Assembly (NCBI GenBank): GCA_965224025.1
Contig: OZ245033.1
Coordinates: 3,456,001 to 3,520,000 of the forward strand
Length of the DNA stretch: 64,000 nucleotides
Reading direction: 5' to 3'
From: Candidatus Multivorans sp.
GTDB taxonomy: Bacteria > Acidobacteriota > Thermoanaerobaculia > Multivoradales > Multivoraceae
Positions 40,178 through 50,295 of the stretch are shown in pieces (positions within the stretch are counted from its first letter, which is position 1; each line of letters begins with the position of its first letter). The position numbers and the translations under genes were made by a program. Below the pieces are notes generated by a model. It was given only the letters and a program-made list of their open reading frames with translations. It searched no databases and had not been told where the DNA came from.

Positions 40178-40355
40178 CCGCAGACCGACCTGCAGGTCGG
40201 CCCGCTCGGCGGCGGACAAGCGAGATGCCCCGTCTTCCGGTCTCAGTCTCGATCCCCTTGCGTTCGTGGTGGAAGTCCGCGTCGCGCCGTGAGCGGTCAG
40301 GCGCCGCCCGGCAAGGCGCGAGGCGAGAGCATAGCCGCTTCGATCGACCCACCGA

Positions 40356-42938
40356 TCACGGGTCCCCCACCGTGATCGTCACGTCCCCCGTGCCCGACCC
40401 GAACCACCCTCCGGGGTCTCGCACCATCCGCCACGCGAACGTGTAGGCGCCCGCCTCCTCCGGCGCTCTGATCGGGAACTCGAAAGTAACCGCCTCGTTC
40501 GGCGCTACGCTCCCGAACAGGGGCGCCCGCCGCAGCCCCCAGATGTCGTTGTCCTGCGGACTCTGCGAGCCAAGACCGTAGCCGCCATAGGGCGTCCAGG
40601 TCGCCCTTCCGGTGTTCGTCATGGTCACCGTCACGGTCGCCTTGTCGCCAGGGGCCATCTTCGACGGGAAACCTGAGACCGACACGAAGGCCGCGTGGTC
40701 CGTCGACCCCTCTTCCACCTTGATCGAGGACGAGGGCGTCGCGGCGTAGTCGCCTGTGTCCGTCGACGCGACCGTCGTCGTGTCCGTCGCCCTGTACGTG
40801 GACTCCGTCGTGTACTGCACTTCCGTCGGCGCACCCGACGAGGTCCCCGTCGACTCGGCAAAGGTATCGAGTCGGTCGAGCGGGAGTACGCTCTTCACCG
40901 TAAGCCCCGCCTGCACGGCCTGAACGTCCGGATCGATAGCGGCCCCGATCGGCCGGCCGGTGTAGAACGTCAGCACCTGTTGCCGGCGGAGATCCTCCCT
41001 GATCTGGTCGAACATCCGTTGGACCCGGTCCAGGAACTCGGGCGGAGGGAGCTCCGGGTCGATCTGGAATAGGCGCCCGCCGCTCCGCCGGGCCTGCTGT
41101 CGCATGCGCAGGACGTGGTCGGCGGACCGCGCGGTTCGTATCAACGGTTCTCCGGTGCCGTCTCCGTCGGGGTCGCTTCCGTTGGGAAGGGCGATCCGAT
41201 CCCTGCCGAGGTCGATGAGGTAGAGCGGGATGCCCACCCGCTCCGCGAAGGTCGCCGCCTGCCCCGGCTCGGATCGGCTGTCGATGTCCACGCCGTCGGT
41301 TACGACGACCAGGGCTCGCCTTCCGGGTTCGGCCCCATACAGGATCAGGGAGAACAGGATGCCGTCGTTGAGGGCCGTGCCACCGTTGGCCACCAGCCGA
41401 TCCATGCTGGTTCGCAGTGCCCGCAGGCTGCCCGTGGGCCGCTGAAGCAGGCGGACACTCTCGTCGAAGTCGACCAGGAAGGCTCGGTCCTCGGCCGCCA
41501 GCGAGCTCTCCAGGAATGCCCCCGCCACCGATCTGAGTTGACTCCATATCGGTTTCATGCTTGCCGAGGAGTCGATCGCCATCCCCAGGATCAACGGCAC
41601 GTCAGCGGCTTGTCGGACATCCTCGACCGCCTTCCGCTCGCCGTCCTCGACGATGAGGAAGTCGGCGGCGCTCAGTCCGTCGACCGGAGCGCCGCTGGAA
41701 TCGACGACGAGGACCTGCAGGTGAATGAGCTGGACATCGATCTCTCCCTTGAACGCGACACCTTCGATGAGTTGGGCGTCCTCCAGTACGCGGCCGTCGG
41801 CGAGGGTGGCGGTAACGCGGACATAGTCATTCGGCGACAGATCGGGTGTCGACAGGTTTCCCCTGACGGTTCTGAAGCCGCCCGTAGCGCCGTGCTGCGG
41901 CAGGTTGACCACGCTCCAGGCGAGTTCCTCGTTGCGGTAGAAGTCGACCCGTTCCAGGACGGCGCCCCGCGGGACCGCGACGCGGGTCTCGACCTGAACC
42001 GCGGCGCCGTCGGGTTCGCTCGGGGTGATTGCACCGACGCGGATCCCAAAGGGGGGATCGATGCGATTCAGGATGAGGCGGTCCCCGCCCATGAAAGCGC
42101 CTCGGACACTGTAGGCGCGCACCTCCAGAGTCTGCTCGCGAGGTGGCTCGGCGAGGTTGATCCGGGTGCGGAAGGGGAGCTTGCGTACGCGCCCGAGCCG
42201 TCGACCGTCGAGGAAGAAGTCCACACTGCCGATGGTCCGGTCGACAATCAGTGTCTCGACTTCGATGCTCCCCGTGAGTAGTTCATGTTGACCGCGGCGG
42301 GGTGGCACGATGCGTATCGTCGCGGGTCGGGCGAAGCGGCTGGCGTGGTCGTCGTCGGAGCTTGCCGCGGGAGGGCCAGCGCCGTCCCGCTCGTAGACTG
42401 TGAGGAACCTGAGATTCGGGAATGACTCGCTCTGGATCTCGATCGTGCGGTGGAGTTGATCGGTCTGCCGGTAGAAGGTCTCGATCAGGAGCCAGCCCGG
42501 TCGCGCCGTTTCGATCTCGAGCGCGCCCGGAAGAATCCTCGCGCGGTGACGGTTGCCGTACTGATCGGCGACAGTGGCGCCGTCCGTCGGCAGCGCGAGT
42601 GTCTCGTACTGCGCGTTCCGGACGTGGATCCGATCATCAACGGCGTGGAGCCGCAGCTTGCCCACGCGTTCGGCAAGGCTCGCCGACAGGCCGGTCAGCA
42701 CGGCGGACGTGCGCTCCGGACTTCGCCAGAGGCTGGCCGTCTTCTGAATCGGATCCTCGCTGACTGCCTCGTTCCGGTTCCATTCGCCCTCGAGTGCAGC
42801 GATGGACGAGGTTGCCGTTCCGGCCTCGCCCTGAGCCAACGCGGACTGCGCGGACTCGCCGCGTTGGCCGGCCGACGGAGACGCGAGGCCCACAAAGACG
42901 ACGAGGAGCGTGGCCGCGAGGTGCCTTCTCGACTTCAC
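40356..42938 (-). CDS. Secreted VWA-domain protein with Ig-like segments and C-terminal NBR1-Ig-like domain
   Basis: Signal peptide, VDFFLDG, MIDAS DSSAS, TALND, TDG, T/S-rich linker, MTNTGRATW...YTFAWRM. Confidence 0.8.
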   Translation of the reverse strand: MKSRRHLAATLLVVFVGLASPSAGQRGESAQSALAQGEAGTATSSIAALEGEWNRNEAVSEDPIQKTASLWRSPERTSAVLTGLSASLAERVGKLRLHAVDDRIHVRNAQYETLALPTDGATVADQYGNRHRARILPGALEIETARPGWLLIETFYRQTDQLHRTIEIQSESFPNLRFLTVYERDGAGPPAASSDDDHASRFARPATIRIVPPRRGQHELLTGSIEVETLIVDRTIGSVDFFLDGRRLGRVRKLPFRTRINLAEPPREQTLEVRAYSVRGAFMGGDRLILNRIDPPFGIRVGAITPSEPDGAAVQVETRVAVPRGAVLERVDFYRNEELAWSVVNLPQHGATGGFRTVRGNLSTPDLSPNDYVRVTATLADGRVLEDAQLIEGVAFKGEIDVQLIHLQVLVVDSSGAPVDGLSAADFLIVEDGERKAVEDVRQAADVPLILGMAIDSSASMKPIWSQLRSVAGAFLESSLAAEDRAFLVDFDESVRLLQRPTGSLRALRTSMDRLVANGGTALNDGILFSLILYGAEPGRRALVVVTDGVDIDSRSEPGQAATFAERVGIPLYLIDLGRDRIALPNGSDPDGDGTGEPLIRTARSADHVLRMRQQARRSGGRLFQIDPELPPPEFLDRVQRMFDQIREDLRRQQVLTFYTGRPIGAAIDPDVQAVQAGLTVKSVLPLDRLDTFAESTGTSSGAPTEVQYTTESTYRATDTTTVASTDTGDYAATPSSSIKVEEGSTDHAAFVSVSGFPSKMAPGDKATVTVTMTNTGRATWTPYGGYGLGSQSPQDNDIWGLRRAPLFGSVAPNEAVTFEFPIRAPEEAGAYTFAWRMVRDPGGWFGSGTGDVTITVGDP

Positions 42939-43089
42939 CAGTCGTTCGTCCCTTGAGCGACCTGCGTCACCGTTCTGTCAGCCTGACCTGTCCAATGGCC
43001 GAACCGCCTTGCCTGAAGCTGTCGTCGGCGAGACGGGCACGCTGGACGGTAACACGGCGATTCCTTGAGTAGCATTGCGCGCTGATCAG

Positions 43090-45423
43090 ATGCCTCGAAA
43101 ACCCTCATGCCAAGCGGGCGCCGCGATCGTGCTTGCCAGCCTGACGCTCGGCGCGGAGAGCCCGGCGGCGGCTCAGCGCGGCGACCGCGAAGGCCACGTG
43201 ATGGAAGACGTCTGGCGGCGGTTCCCGGTGCCCGAATCGCTTCCCCTGGCCCCTGAGGACGCGATGGCGACCTTGCGCGTCGCCCCGGGCTTCCGGGTCG
43301 AGCTCGTCGCCGCGGAACCCCTGGTCGAGGACCCGGTGGCGATGGCCTGGGACGAGCGGGGACTCCTCTATGTCGTCGAGATGCGCGGCTTCATGCCGAA
43401 CGTCGACGGCGAGGGCGAGCAGGAGCCGGTCGGCAGGGTCGTGGTGCTGGAAGACACCGATCGGGACGGCGTGATGGACCGCCACGGGGTGTACCTGGAC
43501 GGCTTGGTCAGTCCACGCGCCATCGCGGCGGTTTCGGACGGCATCCTGATCGGCGAGCCGCCGAACCTCTGGCTGTGCCGCAGCGAATCGGAAGCCGGCG
43601 GGCTGCCCCGCTGTGCCGGCCGGGAGCGGCTGGCAGACTACGGGGACCCCGACCCCGACCTGCTCGAGCACACGGAGAACGGTCTGCTCTGGGCCCTCGA
43701 CAACTGGATCTACAACGCGAAGTCCGACCGCCGCTTCCGGCTGCGTAGGGATACCGACGCCATCTCCGTTGAGGTCGATCCAACGCTGTTTCGCGGCCAG
43801 TGGGGCATCGCTCAGGACGACTACGGCCGCCTCTACTACAACACGAACTCGCGCTTTCTTTTCGTCGATCTCATCCCGGCCGACTACGCGTTGCTCGACC
43901 CCGCGCACCAGCCCCGCGGCGGCGGACACGGCGCCAGCGAGCGGCTCGTCCACGACGAGTCCGTGTACTCGATCCGCGTCAATCCGGGCATCAACCGCGG
44001 CTACGTGAACAACATGCTCCGCGAGGACGGCCGCCTCGCGGTGACCACTTCGGTCAGCGGGCTGACCGTGTATCGCGGGGATCAGTTCCCGGCGACCTGG
44101 CGCGGCGACGTCTTCGTGCCGGAGCCGGCCGGCAACGTCGTGGCGCACTTCGATCTCGCGACCGGTCCCGCCCCGAACGGCGTCCCGACTCTGGTCGCCG
44201 AGCACCGGCTCTACGGCGATCCGGACTGGGTGGAGCGAGAGTTCCTCGCGTCGACCGACGAGCGCTTCCGGCCCGTCGACGCGAAGGTCGGGCCCGACGG
44301 CGCGCTATACGTGATCGACATGTACCGCGGCATCCTGCAGCACGTGCGGTACGTGACCACCTACCTGCGCGAGTACATCCTCGAACACGGGCTCGATCGC
44401 CCGATCGGAATGGGCCGTATCTACCGCGTGGTCTGGGAAGGCCAAAGCGAAGAGCCGGCTCCGATCCGCAGGGACCCTCCGCAGCTCCCGACCGCGGCCC
44501 ATCGGATCGCCGCACTCGGCCACTCCAACGGCTGGCACCGCGACACCGCGCAGCGCCTGCTGGTCGAAGGCGAGCTCGAGCACGCGAGCCGCGACACACT
44601 CCGGGAACTCGCCCGCACAGGCGACGACCCGCTCGCCCGCATCCACGCCCTGTGGACGCTGCATGGCCGCGGCGACCTGAATGCCGCCACGGCACTGGCG
44701 GCAGTCCGCGAGCACGAGCCCTGGCTTGCCGTTCACGGCCTGCGCGTGGGCGAGGAACTCCTCGCCTCGATCAGCACCGGCCAGACCGCGATCGTCGAAT
44801 TACTCGACTCCTCGTCGCCCCAGGTCCGCACCCAGGCGCTCCTGACCCTGGGTGCCGTTGCACGGCGGGCGCCCTGGGCCGGGAGCGTCCTGGCGGACCG
44901 TCTCGCGTCCCGGCCCGACGATCCGCTCCACCGGCAAGTCGCGCTGGCCGCGAACCTTCAGGGCAACGGCGATGGTGCGCGTCCGGAGGTCCCCGCCCCG
45001 GCCCCCACGGCACGGGCCTTGACCGCCGATGAAGCAGCTCAGTTCAACAGCGGCCGCCGGCACTACCGCGCCTGCAGCTCCTGTCACAACAACGACGGTC
45101 GAGGCCAGGACGGCCTGGGGCCGAGCCTGGTCGACTCATCATGGGTTCTCTGCTCGCCTGAGCGTCTTGCCGCCATCGTCCTCCAGGGACTCGAAGGACC
45201 GATCGACGTTCACGGAGAGACCTGGGACGACCTGATGCCCGGCTTCGCCGTCGATCCCCGCCTGCCGGACCCGGCGATCGCGGCGCTACTGACCTACGTC
45301 CGGTTGAGCTGGGGCAACACGGGCGCCCCCGTGCTCGTCGAGACCGTGACGAAGGTTCGCGAGGCGACGGTCGAGCGCAGGGAGCCCTGGACCGCAGCGG
45401 AACTCGAGGCGGCCTTCGATTAG
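43090..45423 (+). CDS. PVC-type heme-binding protein: dehydrogenase-like propeller, HEAT-like region, cytochrome c
   Basis: GFRVELVAAEPLVEDPVAMAWDERG, ERFRPVD, GPDGALY, GRIYR, C-terminal CSSCH and MP. Confidence 0.88.
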   Translation: MPRKPSCQAGAAIVLASLTLGAESPAAAQRGDREGHVMEDVWRRFPVPESLPLAPEDAMATLRVAPGFRVELVAAEPLVEDPVAMAWDERGLLYVVEMRGFMPNVDGEGEQEPVGRVVVLEDTDRDGVMDRHGVYLDGLVSPRAIAAVSDGILIGEPPNLWLCRSESEAGGLPRCAGRERLADYGDPDPDLLEHTENGLLWALDNWIYNAKSDRRFRLRRDTDAISVEVDPTLFRGQWGIAQDDYGRLYYNTNSRFLFVDLIPADYALLDPAHQPRGGGHGASERLVHDESVYSIRVNPGINRGYVNNMLREDGRLAVTTSVSGLTVYRGDQFPATWRGDVFVPEPAGNVVAHFDLATGPAPNGVPTLVAEHRLYGDPDWVEREFLASTDERFRPVDAKVGPDGALYVIDMYRGILQHVRYVTTYLREYILEHGLDRPIGMGRIYRVVWEGQSEEPAPIRRDPPQLPTAAHRIAALGHSNGWHRDTAQRLLVEGELEHASRDTLRELARTGDDPLARIHALWTLHGRGDLNAATALAAVREHEPWLAVHGLRVGEELLASISTGQTAIVELLDSSSPQVRTQALLTLGAVARRAPWAGSVLADRLASRPDDPLHRQVALAANLQGNGDGARPEVPAPAPTARALTADEAAQFNSGRRHYRACSSCHNNDGRGQDGLGPSLVDSSWVLCSPERLAAIVLQGLEGPIDVHGETWDDLMPGFAVDPRLPDPAIAALLTYVRLSWGNTGAPVLVETVTKVREATVERREPWTAAELEAAFD

Positions 45424-45427
45424 CAGG

Positions 45428-48400
45428 TCAGCCGGCGGTCTGAACGGTTGCCTCGGCATCGGCCTCGTGGCGGTGACGATCGAGCAGCAGGTACAGCGCC
45501 GGAATCACGATCAGGGTCAACAGCGTCGACGTCAACAGCCCGCCGACCACGGTCAGCGCCATCGGCGTTCTGAGTTCGGCGCCCTCTCCCAACCCCAGGG
45601 CCATCGGCAGCAGCCCCAGAACGGTGGTCGAAGTCGTCATCAGGATCGGCCGCAGCCGAACCAGGCAGGCTTCGCGGATGGCGTCGAGCTTGGACTTGCC
45701 GGCTCGACGCAGGCGGTTCGTGTAGTCGATCAGGATGATCGCGTTGTTGACGACGATCCCGGCCAGCAGGATGCCGCCGATCAGCACCACGATGCTGACC
45801 GGAGTCCGCGTCAGATAGAGGATGCCGATCGCGCCGATGACCGAAAACGGCACCGCGAACAGGATGACGAAGGGGTGCAGCAGGGACTCGAACTGGGAGG
45901 CCATGACCAGGTAGACCATGAACACCGCGAGCAGGATCGCCAGCCGCATGCTGTCGAAGGACCGTTCCATCTCCTGGCGCTGGCCGCCTACGAGAACGTC
46001 GAAGCCGACCGGGAACCGGGTCGAGTCGAGAATCGCCTGGATGTCGTCGGAAACGCTGCCCAGGTCTCGACCGACGATGTTCGCCTCGATCAGCGCCACC
46101 CGGCCGCCGTCGCTGCGGCGGATCTCGGCCGGCCCCTCCGTCTCGATCACATCCGCCACCGCCGACAGCGGCAGCGGCGTGACGCCGCTCTGACGGATGT
46201 TCAGGTTGCGCAGATCGCGGACCGAGTCGCGGTAGCTCTCGTCGGTGCGCATCCGGACCTCGATGTTCCGGTCCTCGCGGACGATGTCGGTCGCGATGTC
46301 GCCCTGCACCTTGGAGCGGATCACGCCGCCGAGCTGGGCGACGGTGTAGTTCAACGTCGACAGCCGTTCCCGGTCGAAGATGATCTGCAGCTCCGGGTTG
46401 CCGCCCTCGGTCGAGGACTTCACATCGACCAGTCCCTCGACTCCCCGCATCCGTGACGCCACCTGGTCTGCCAGCACTTCGAGCAACGCCAGATTGTGCC
46501 CTCGAAGCTGCACCTCGACAGGGCTACGGAAGCTGAAGTAGGTCGGCCGGCCAAAGCGGTACTTCAGCGCGTTGTCCATGGACGGCGGCGAAGAACCTCC
46601 GCCAACCGCAGCAGCCGGCGCCGCACCTGCGACCGCAGCCCCCTGGCCCGCGAACGACAGATTCTCGGCGTCGATCCGTTCCCTGATCTGGCTCATCACC
46701 AACTCTTCCCGCTCGGCGTCGATCGGAGGCTCCATGCGCACATTGACCTGGCCAATGTTCTCCCGTCTCTCGCCCGCGGCGCCCCCCTGTTCGTTCGACG
46801 TCCCGACGACGCTGTAGACCGACTCCACGCCCGGAAGTTTGCGGGCGAACTCGTCGATCATGCCCAGGCGCCGGTCCGTGACCTCCAGGCGGCTCCCGGG
46901 CGCCAGTTCGGCGTCGACATAGAAATCGCCCTGGATCAACTCGGGCACCAGCTCGCTGCCGAGCGAGCCCACCAGCCGAATGCTTCCCGCGAGCAGTGCG
47001 ACCGCCACCAGGACGACCAGCAGCGGGTGGCGAAGAGCCCGGCCCAGGATCCCGGCATAGACGGCGGTGATTCCCTTGAGCAGCGCATCGAACGCCGCGA
47101 GCAGCGGCCGCAGCAGCCATGACATCACCGTGGAGACGCCGCCGAACACCGCCTTGACCGTTACCGCGACTCCGACCCCTATGGCGCCGAAGAAGGCCGC
47201 CATGGCGCGGGTAACAGGGTTGGATCGCCCGGCGAGAGTGACCGTCTCGATCTTCTCCCCGCCGGCGAAAAATCTTCGCGACGCCAGCATCGGAATCACG
47301 GTCAGCGCGACCCCCAGGGACACCAGCAGCGAGAACGTCACGGTCAGCGCCTGATCGCCGAACATCTGGCCGGCGACACCCTCGACGAAGACGATCGGCA
47401 CGAACACGCAGACCGTCGTGATCGTGCTCGCGATCACCGCCCGGCCGACCTCCGAGGCCCCGGCTCGGGCCGCCTCGACGACGCCCAGACCCTGGTCGCG
47501 CCGGCGCTGGATCGCCTCCAGGACAACGATCGAGTTGTCCAGCAGCAGACCGATGCCCAGCGTGATGCCGCCGAGCGACATGATGTTGAGCGACACGCCG
47601 GCGACGTACATCAGGAAGAAGGTCGCCACCACCGAGACCGGGATCGAGATCCCGATGATCAGCGTTTTCGGCGCGCTGCGCAGGAACAGGAACAGGACGA
47701 CGATCGCGAGCGAGCCCCCGATCAGGGCGGTCTCGATCACTGCCGACACGGAGTCCCGGATGTACCGCGACTGGTCGGTGAGAACGCTCAGCTGGAGCTG
47801 GGGGTCGATCTGCCTGAGCTCTTCCTCGAGCTCCTCCACCCGCTCGAGCACGGCGGAAGCGACGGTCACCGTGTTCGTGCCGCCCTCCTTGTAGACCGCG
47901 ATCTCCACGGCCTCCTGGCCGTCGATCCGAGTGATCACTTCCCGTTCCCTGGCGCCCTGGTAGACACGGGCGACGTCCTCGAGACGCACGATCGCGCCCT
48001 GAGAGCGGTCGATCACGATCTCCCGTATCTCCTCCGGACGCAGCAGCTCGTTGATCGTTCGCACCAGGTAGTCGGTCTGGCCGTCGCGCAGCCGGCCGCC
48101 TGTCAGATTCACGTTCTCCTGCGCCAGACGGTTCATGACCTGGTTCATCGTCATGCCGAGGCTGCTCAAGCGCCGTTCGTCGATCTCGACCTGGATTTCC
48201 TCCTCCAGGCCGCCGCTGACCACGACCGCGGCCACCCCTTCCAGGCGCTCGAGCTTCCGTTTCAGGTCCTCCTCGGCCAGCAGGCGCAGCGCGATCAGGT
48301 CGCTGCCACCGCCCGCCAGGCCCATTCGCAGGATCGGATCGAGAGAGGGGTCGTAGCGGAGCAGCACCGGCCGTTCGGCCTCGACCGGCAACCGGACCTG

Positions 48401-48739
48401 GTCCAGTCGCTCGCGCACGTCGAGCGACGCGAAGTCCATGTTCGTGCCCCAGGAGAACTCCAGGGTCACCTCGCTGATGTCGGCCCGGGAGCTGGAGATG
48501 ACCCGGTTGACACCGTTGACCACGCCGACCGCGTCCTCCACAGGCCGCGTGATCAGGGTCTCCATTTCAACCGGCGCCGCGCCTTCGTACCCCGTCTGAA
48601 CGGTCAGTGATGGGTAGGTGATGTCCGGCAACAGGTCGACCGCGAGATCGCGGAAGGCGACCCCGCCGAAGACCACCGCCGCGAGCGCGAAGATGAACAC
48701 GGTGACCGGGCGCCGGGTGGCGAAGGAGACAATGCGCAT
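45428..48739 (-). CDS. RND efflux permease
   Basis: RRPV, LNIMSLGG, GLLLDNSIVVLE, GIVVNNAI, RLRPILMT. Confidence 0.95.
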   Translation of the reverse strand: MRIVSFATRRPVTVFIFALAAVVFGGVAFRDLAVDLLPDITYPSLTVQTGYEGAAPVEMETLITRPVEDAVGVVNGVNRVISSSRADISEVTLEFSWGTNMDFASLDVRERLDQVRLPVEAERPVLLRYDPSLDPILRMGLAGGGSDLIALRLLAEEDLKRKLERLEGVAAVVVSGGLEEEIQVEIDERRLSSLGMTMNQVMNRLAQENVNLTGGRLRDGQTDYLVRTINELLRPEEIREIVIDRSQGAIVRLEDVARVYQGAREREVITRIDGQEAVEIAVYKEGGTNTVTVASAVLERVEELEEELRQIDPQLQLSVLTDQSRYIRDSVSAVIETALIGGSLAIVVLFLFLRSAPKTLIIGISIPVSVVATFFLMYVAGVSLNIMSLGGITLGIGLLLDNSIVVLEAIQRRRDQGLGVVEAARAGASEVGRAVIASTITTVCVFVPIVFVEGVAGQMFGDQALTVTFSLLVSLGVALTVIPMLASRRFFAGGEKIETVTLAGRSNPVTRAMAAFFGAIGVGVAVTVKAVFGGVSTVMSWLLRPLLAAFDALLKGITAVYAGILGRALRHPLLVVLVAVALLAGSIRLVGSLGSELVPELIQGDFYVDAELAPGSRLEVTDRRLGMIDEFARKLPGVESVYSVVGTSNEQGGAAGERRENIGQVNVRMEPPIDAEREELVMSQIRERIDAENLSFAGQGAAVAGAAPAAAVGGGSSPPSMDNALKYRFGRPTYFSFRSPVEVQLRGHNLALLEVLADQVASRMRGVEGLVDVKSSTEGGNPELQIIFDRERLSTLNYTVAQLGGVIRSKVQGDIATDIVREDRNIEVRMRTDESYRDSVRDLRNLNIRQSGVTPLPLSAVADVIETEGPAEIRRSDGGRVALIEANIVGRDLGSVSDDIQAILDSTRFPVGFDVLVGGQRQEMERSFDSMRLAILLAVFMVYLVMASQFESLLHPFVILFAVPFSVIGAIGILYLTRTPVSIVVLIGGILLAGIVVNNAIILIDYTNRLRRAGKSKLDAIREACLVRLRPILMTTSTTVLGLLPMALGLGEGAELRTPMALTVVGGLLTSTLLTLIVIPALYLLLDRHRHEADAEATVQTAG

Positions 48740-48774
48740 GTCGAGTTATCCGGTGATCCGCCTCGAGGCCCGGA

Positions 48775-50295
48775 TCAGCCCGGCGGCCCGCCCGGCGGAC
48801 GCCCGGGAGGGCGACCCGGCGGCGCCTCGCCGCTCTTCATGGCCTCGATCCGCTGGTCGATCTGCTCGTCGGTCATCCCGAATTCCTTCATCCGCGATCG
48901 CATCATTTCGATCCGTTCGGGCGTCAACTGACTGGGATCGAATCCGCCCGGCGGACCTCCACGGAGGCCCCCGGGGCCTCCCGGCCCTCGCGGTCCCGGC
49001 GCCGCCCGCCGCACGTCGGTTGCGCCGCCCGCCGCGGCGGCTGCCCGCCCGGCCGCGACCTGGGCCGAACTCTCAGGCCCGCCGGCCGGCAGCGTCGTGA
49101 GCATGGCCGGCGCCGCAGGAGGACCCTCGCGTTCCCCGATCAGCACCGGCGTCTGATCGGACAGGCTGTCCTGTCCGACGATCACGACATCCTCGCCCTC
49201 GGCAATGCCCGAAAGCGCCTCCAGGCTGTCGCTCTCCTCATAGCCGAGTGCGAGTTCGCGCCGCTGGGCCATCTTCCCGCCCTCGCCGTCGTCCACCACC
49301 GCGTAGACGGTGTCGGCCGTGCTCTCGAGCACCAGGGCCTGCTTGGGCACAACGATCGCGTTCTCGTGGATGTCGGTTTCCACGAAGACGCTGGCGAACA
49401 TCCCCGGCCGCAGCCGCCCCTGGCCCTGAACTTCCAGCGTCACCTTCACGGTGCCGGTCGCCGGATCGACGACGGGACTGATCCGCAGCACCCGGGCCGG
49501 GAACCGCGCACCGGGCCAGGCCTCGACCGTCAGGTGGGCCGCCTGTTCCAGTTTCAGCCGGGGCAGGTCCTTCTCGGGAAGCTGGATGGGACACAGCAGT
49601 GGATCGAAGTCGGAGATCCGGAACAGCCTCGCGTTCGTCGATACATGTTCCGCGTTCTTGATCACGCGCTCGATGATCAATCCCGCGAACGGCGCCCGGA
49701 TCACCGTGTAGTCCAGAAGAATCTCGGTGCCGACGATCTGGGCGGCGGCGCCGTCGAAGTACGACCTCGCGAGGTCGTACGCCTCCTGGCTGATGAGCTC
49801 TTCGCGGTAGGAATCCTGGGCCCGGTTCCATGCCAGCTCCGCCTCGGCCAGGTTGACGCGGGCGATCCCGAGCTGTGCCTCGATCTCCGCCGCGTCGATG
49901 CGCGCCAGCACCTGGCCGGCGCGGACGAAGTCGCCCTCCTCCACGTTCAGTTCGACGATGGGACCGGTGGTCCGGGCCACGATGTCGACCTCGTTCTCGG
50001 CCTCGAGCGAGCCGTTCGTCTCCAGGTAGTCCGCGATGTCGCGGCGGATGACACTGGTTACCTTGACCGGAATCGCGGAAGCGGGACCGCCGAAACCCGG
50101 CGATAAGCCGCCCGGCGGGCCGCCACCGCGTCCTCCAGGCCGGCCGCCGCCCGGTCCGCCCTGGCCGGCGCGGGGGTTCTCGCCGCTGGGTTCGGCGTTG
50201 GACTGCCCGCAGCCGACGCCGGCGACACCCAGTGCCGCGATCAACAGGACGGCGCCGGTCTGTCGGCCTGCGCGCACGCGTCGTTCTCGTGTCAT
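48775..50295 (-). CDS. RND periplasmic adaptor (MFP) with G/P-rich tails
   Basis: GVGC lipobox, VEEGDFVRAGQ, IRAPFAG, PVVDPATGTVK, LRPGMF. Confidence 0.93.
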   Translation of the reverse strand: MTRERRVRAGRQTGAVLLIAALGVAGVGCGQSNAEPSGENPRAGQGGPGGGRPGGRGGGPPGGLSPGFGGPASAIPVKVTSVIRRDIADYLETNGSLEAENEVDIVARTTGPIVELNVEEGDFVRAGQVLARIDAAEIEAQLGIARVNLAEAELAWNRAQDSYREELISQEAYDLARSYFDGAAAQIVGTEILLDYTVIRAPFAGLIIERVIKNAEHVSTNARLFRISDFDPLLCPIQLPEKDLPRLKLEQAAHLTVEAWPGARFPARVLRISPVVDPATGTVKVTLEVQGQGRLRPGMFASVFVETDIHENAIVVPKQALVLESTADTVYAVVDDGEGGKMAQRRELALGYEESDSLEALSGIAEGEDVVIVGQDSLSDQTPVLIGEREGPPAAPAMLTTLPAGGPESSAQVAAGRAAAAAGGATDVRRAAPGPRGPGGPGGLRGGPPGGFDPSQLTPERIEMMRSRMKEFGMTDEQIDQRIEAMKSGEAPPGRPPGRPPGGPPG

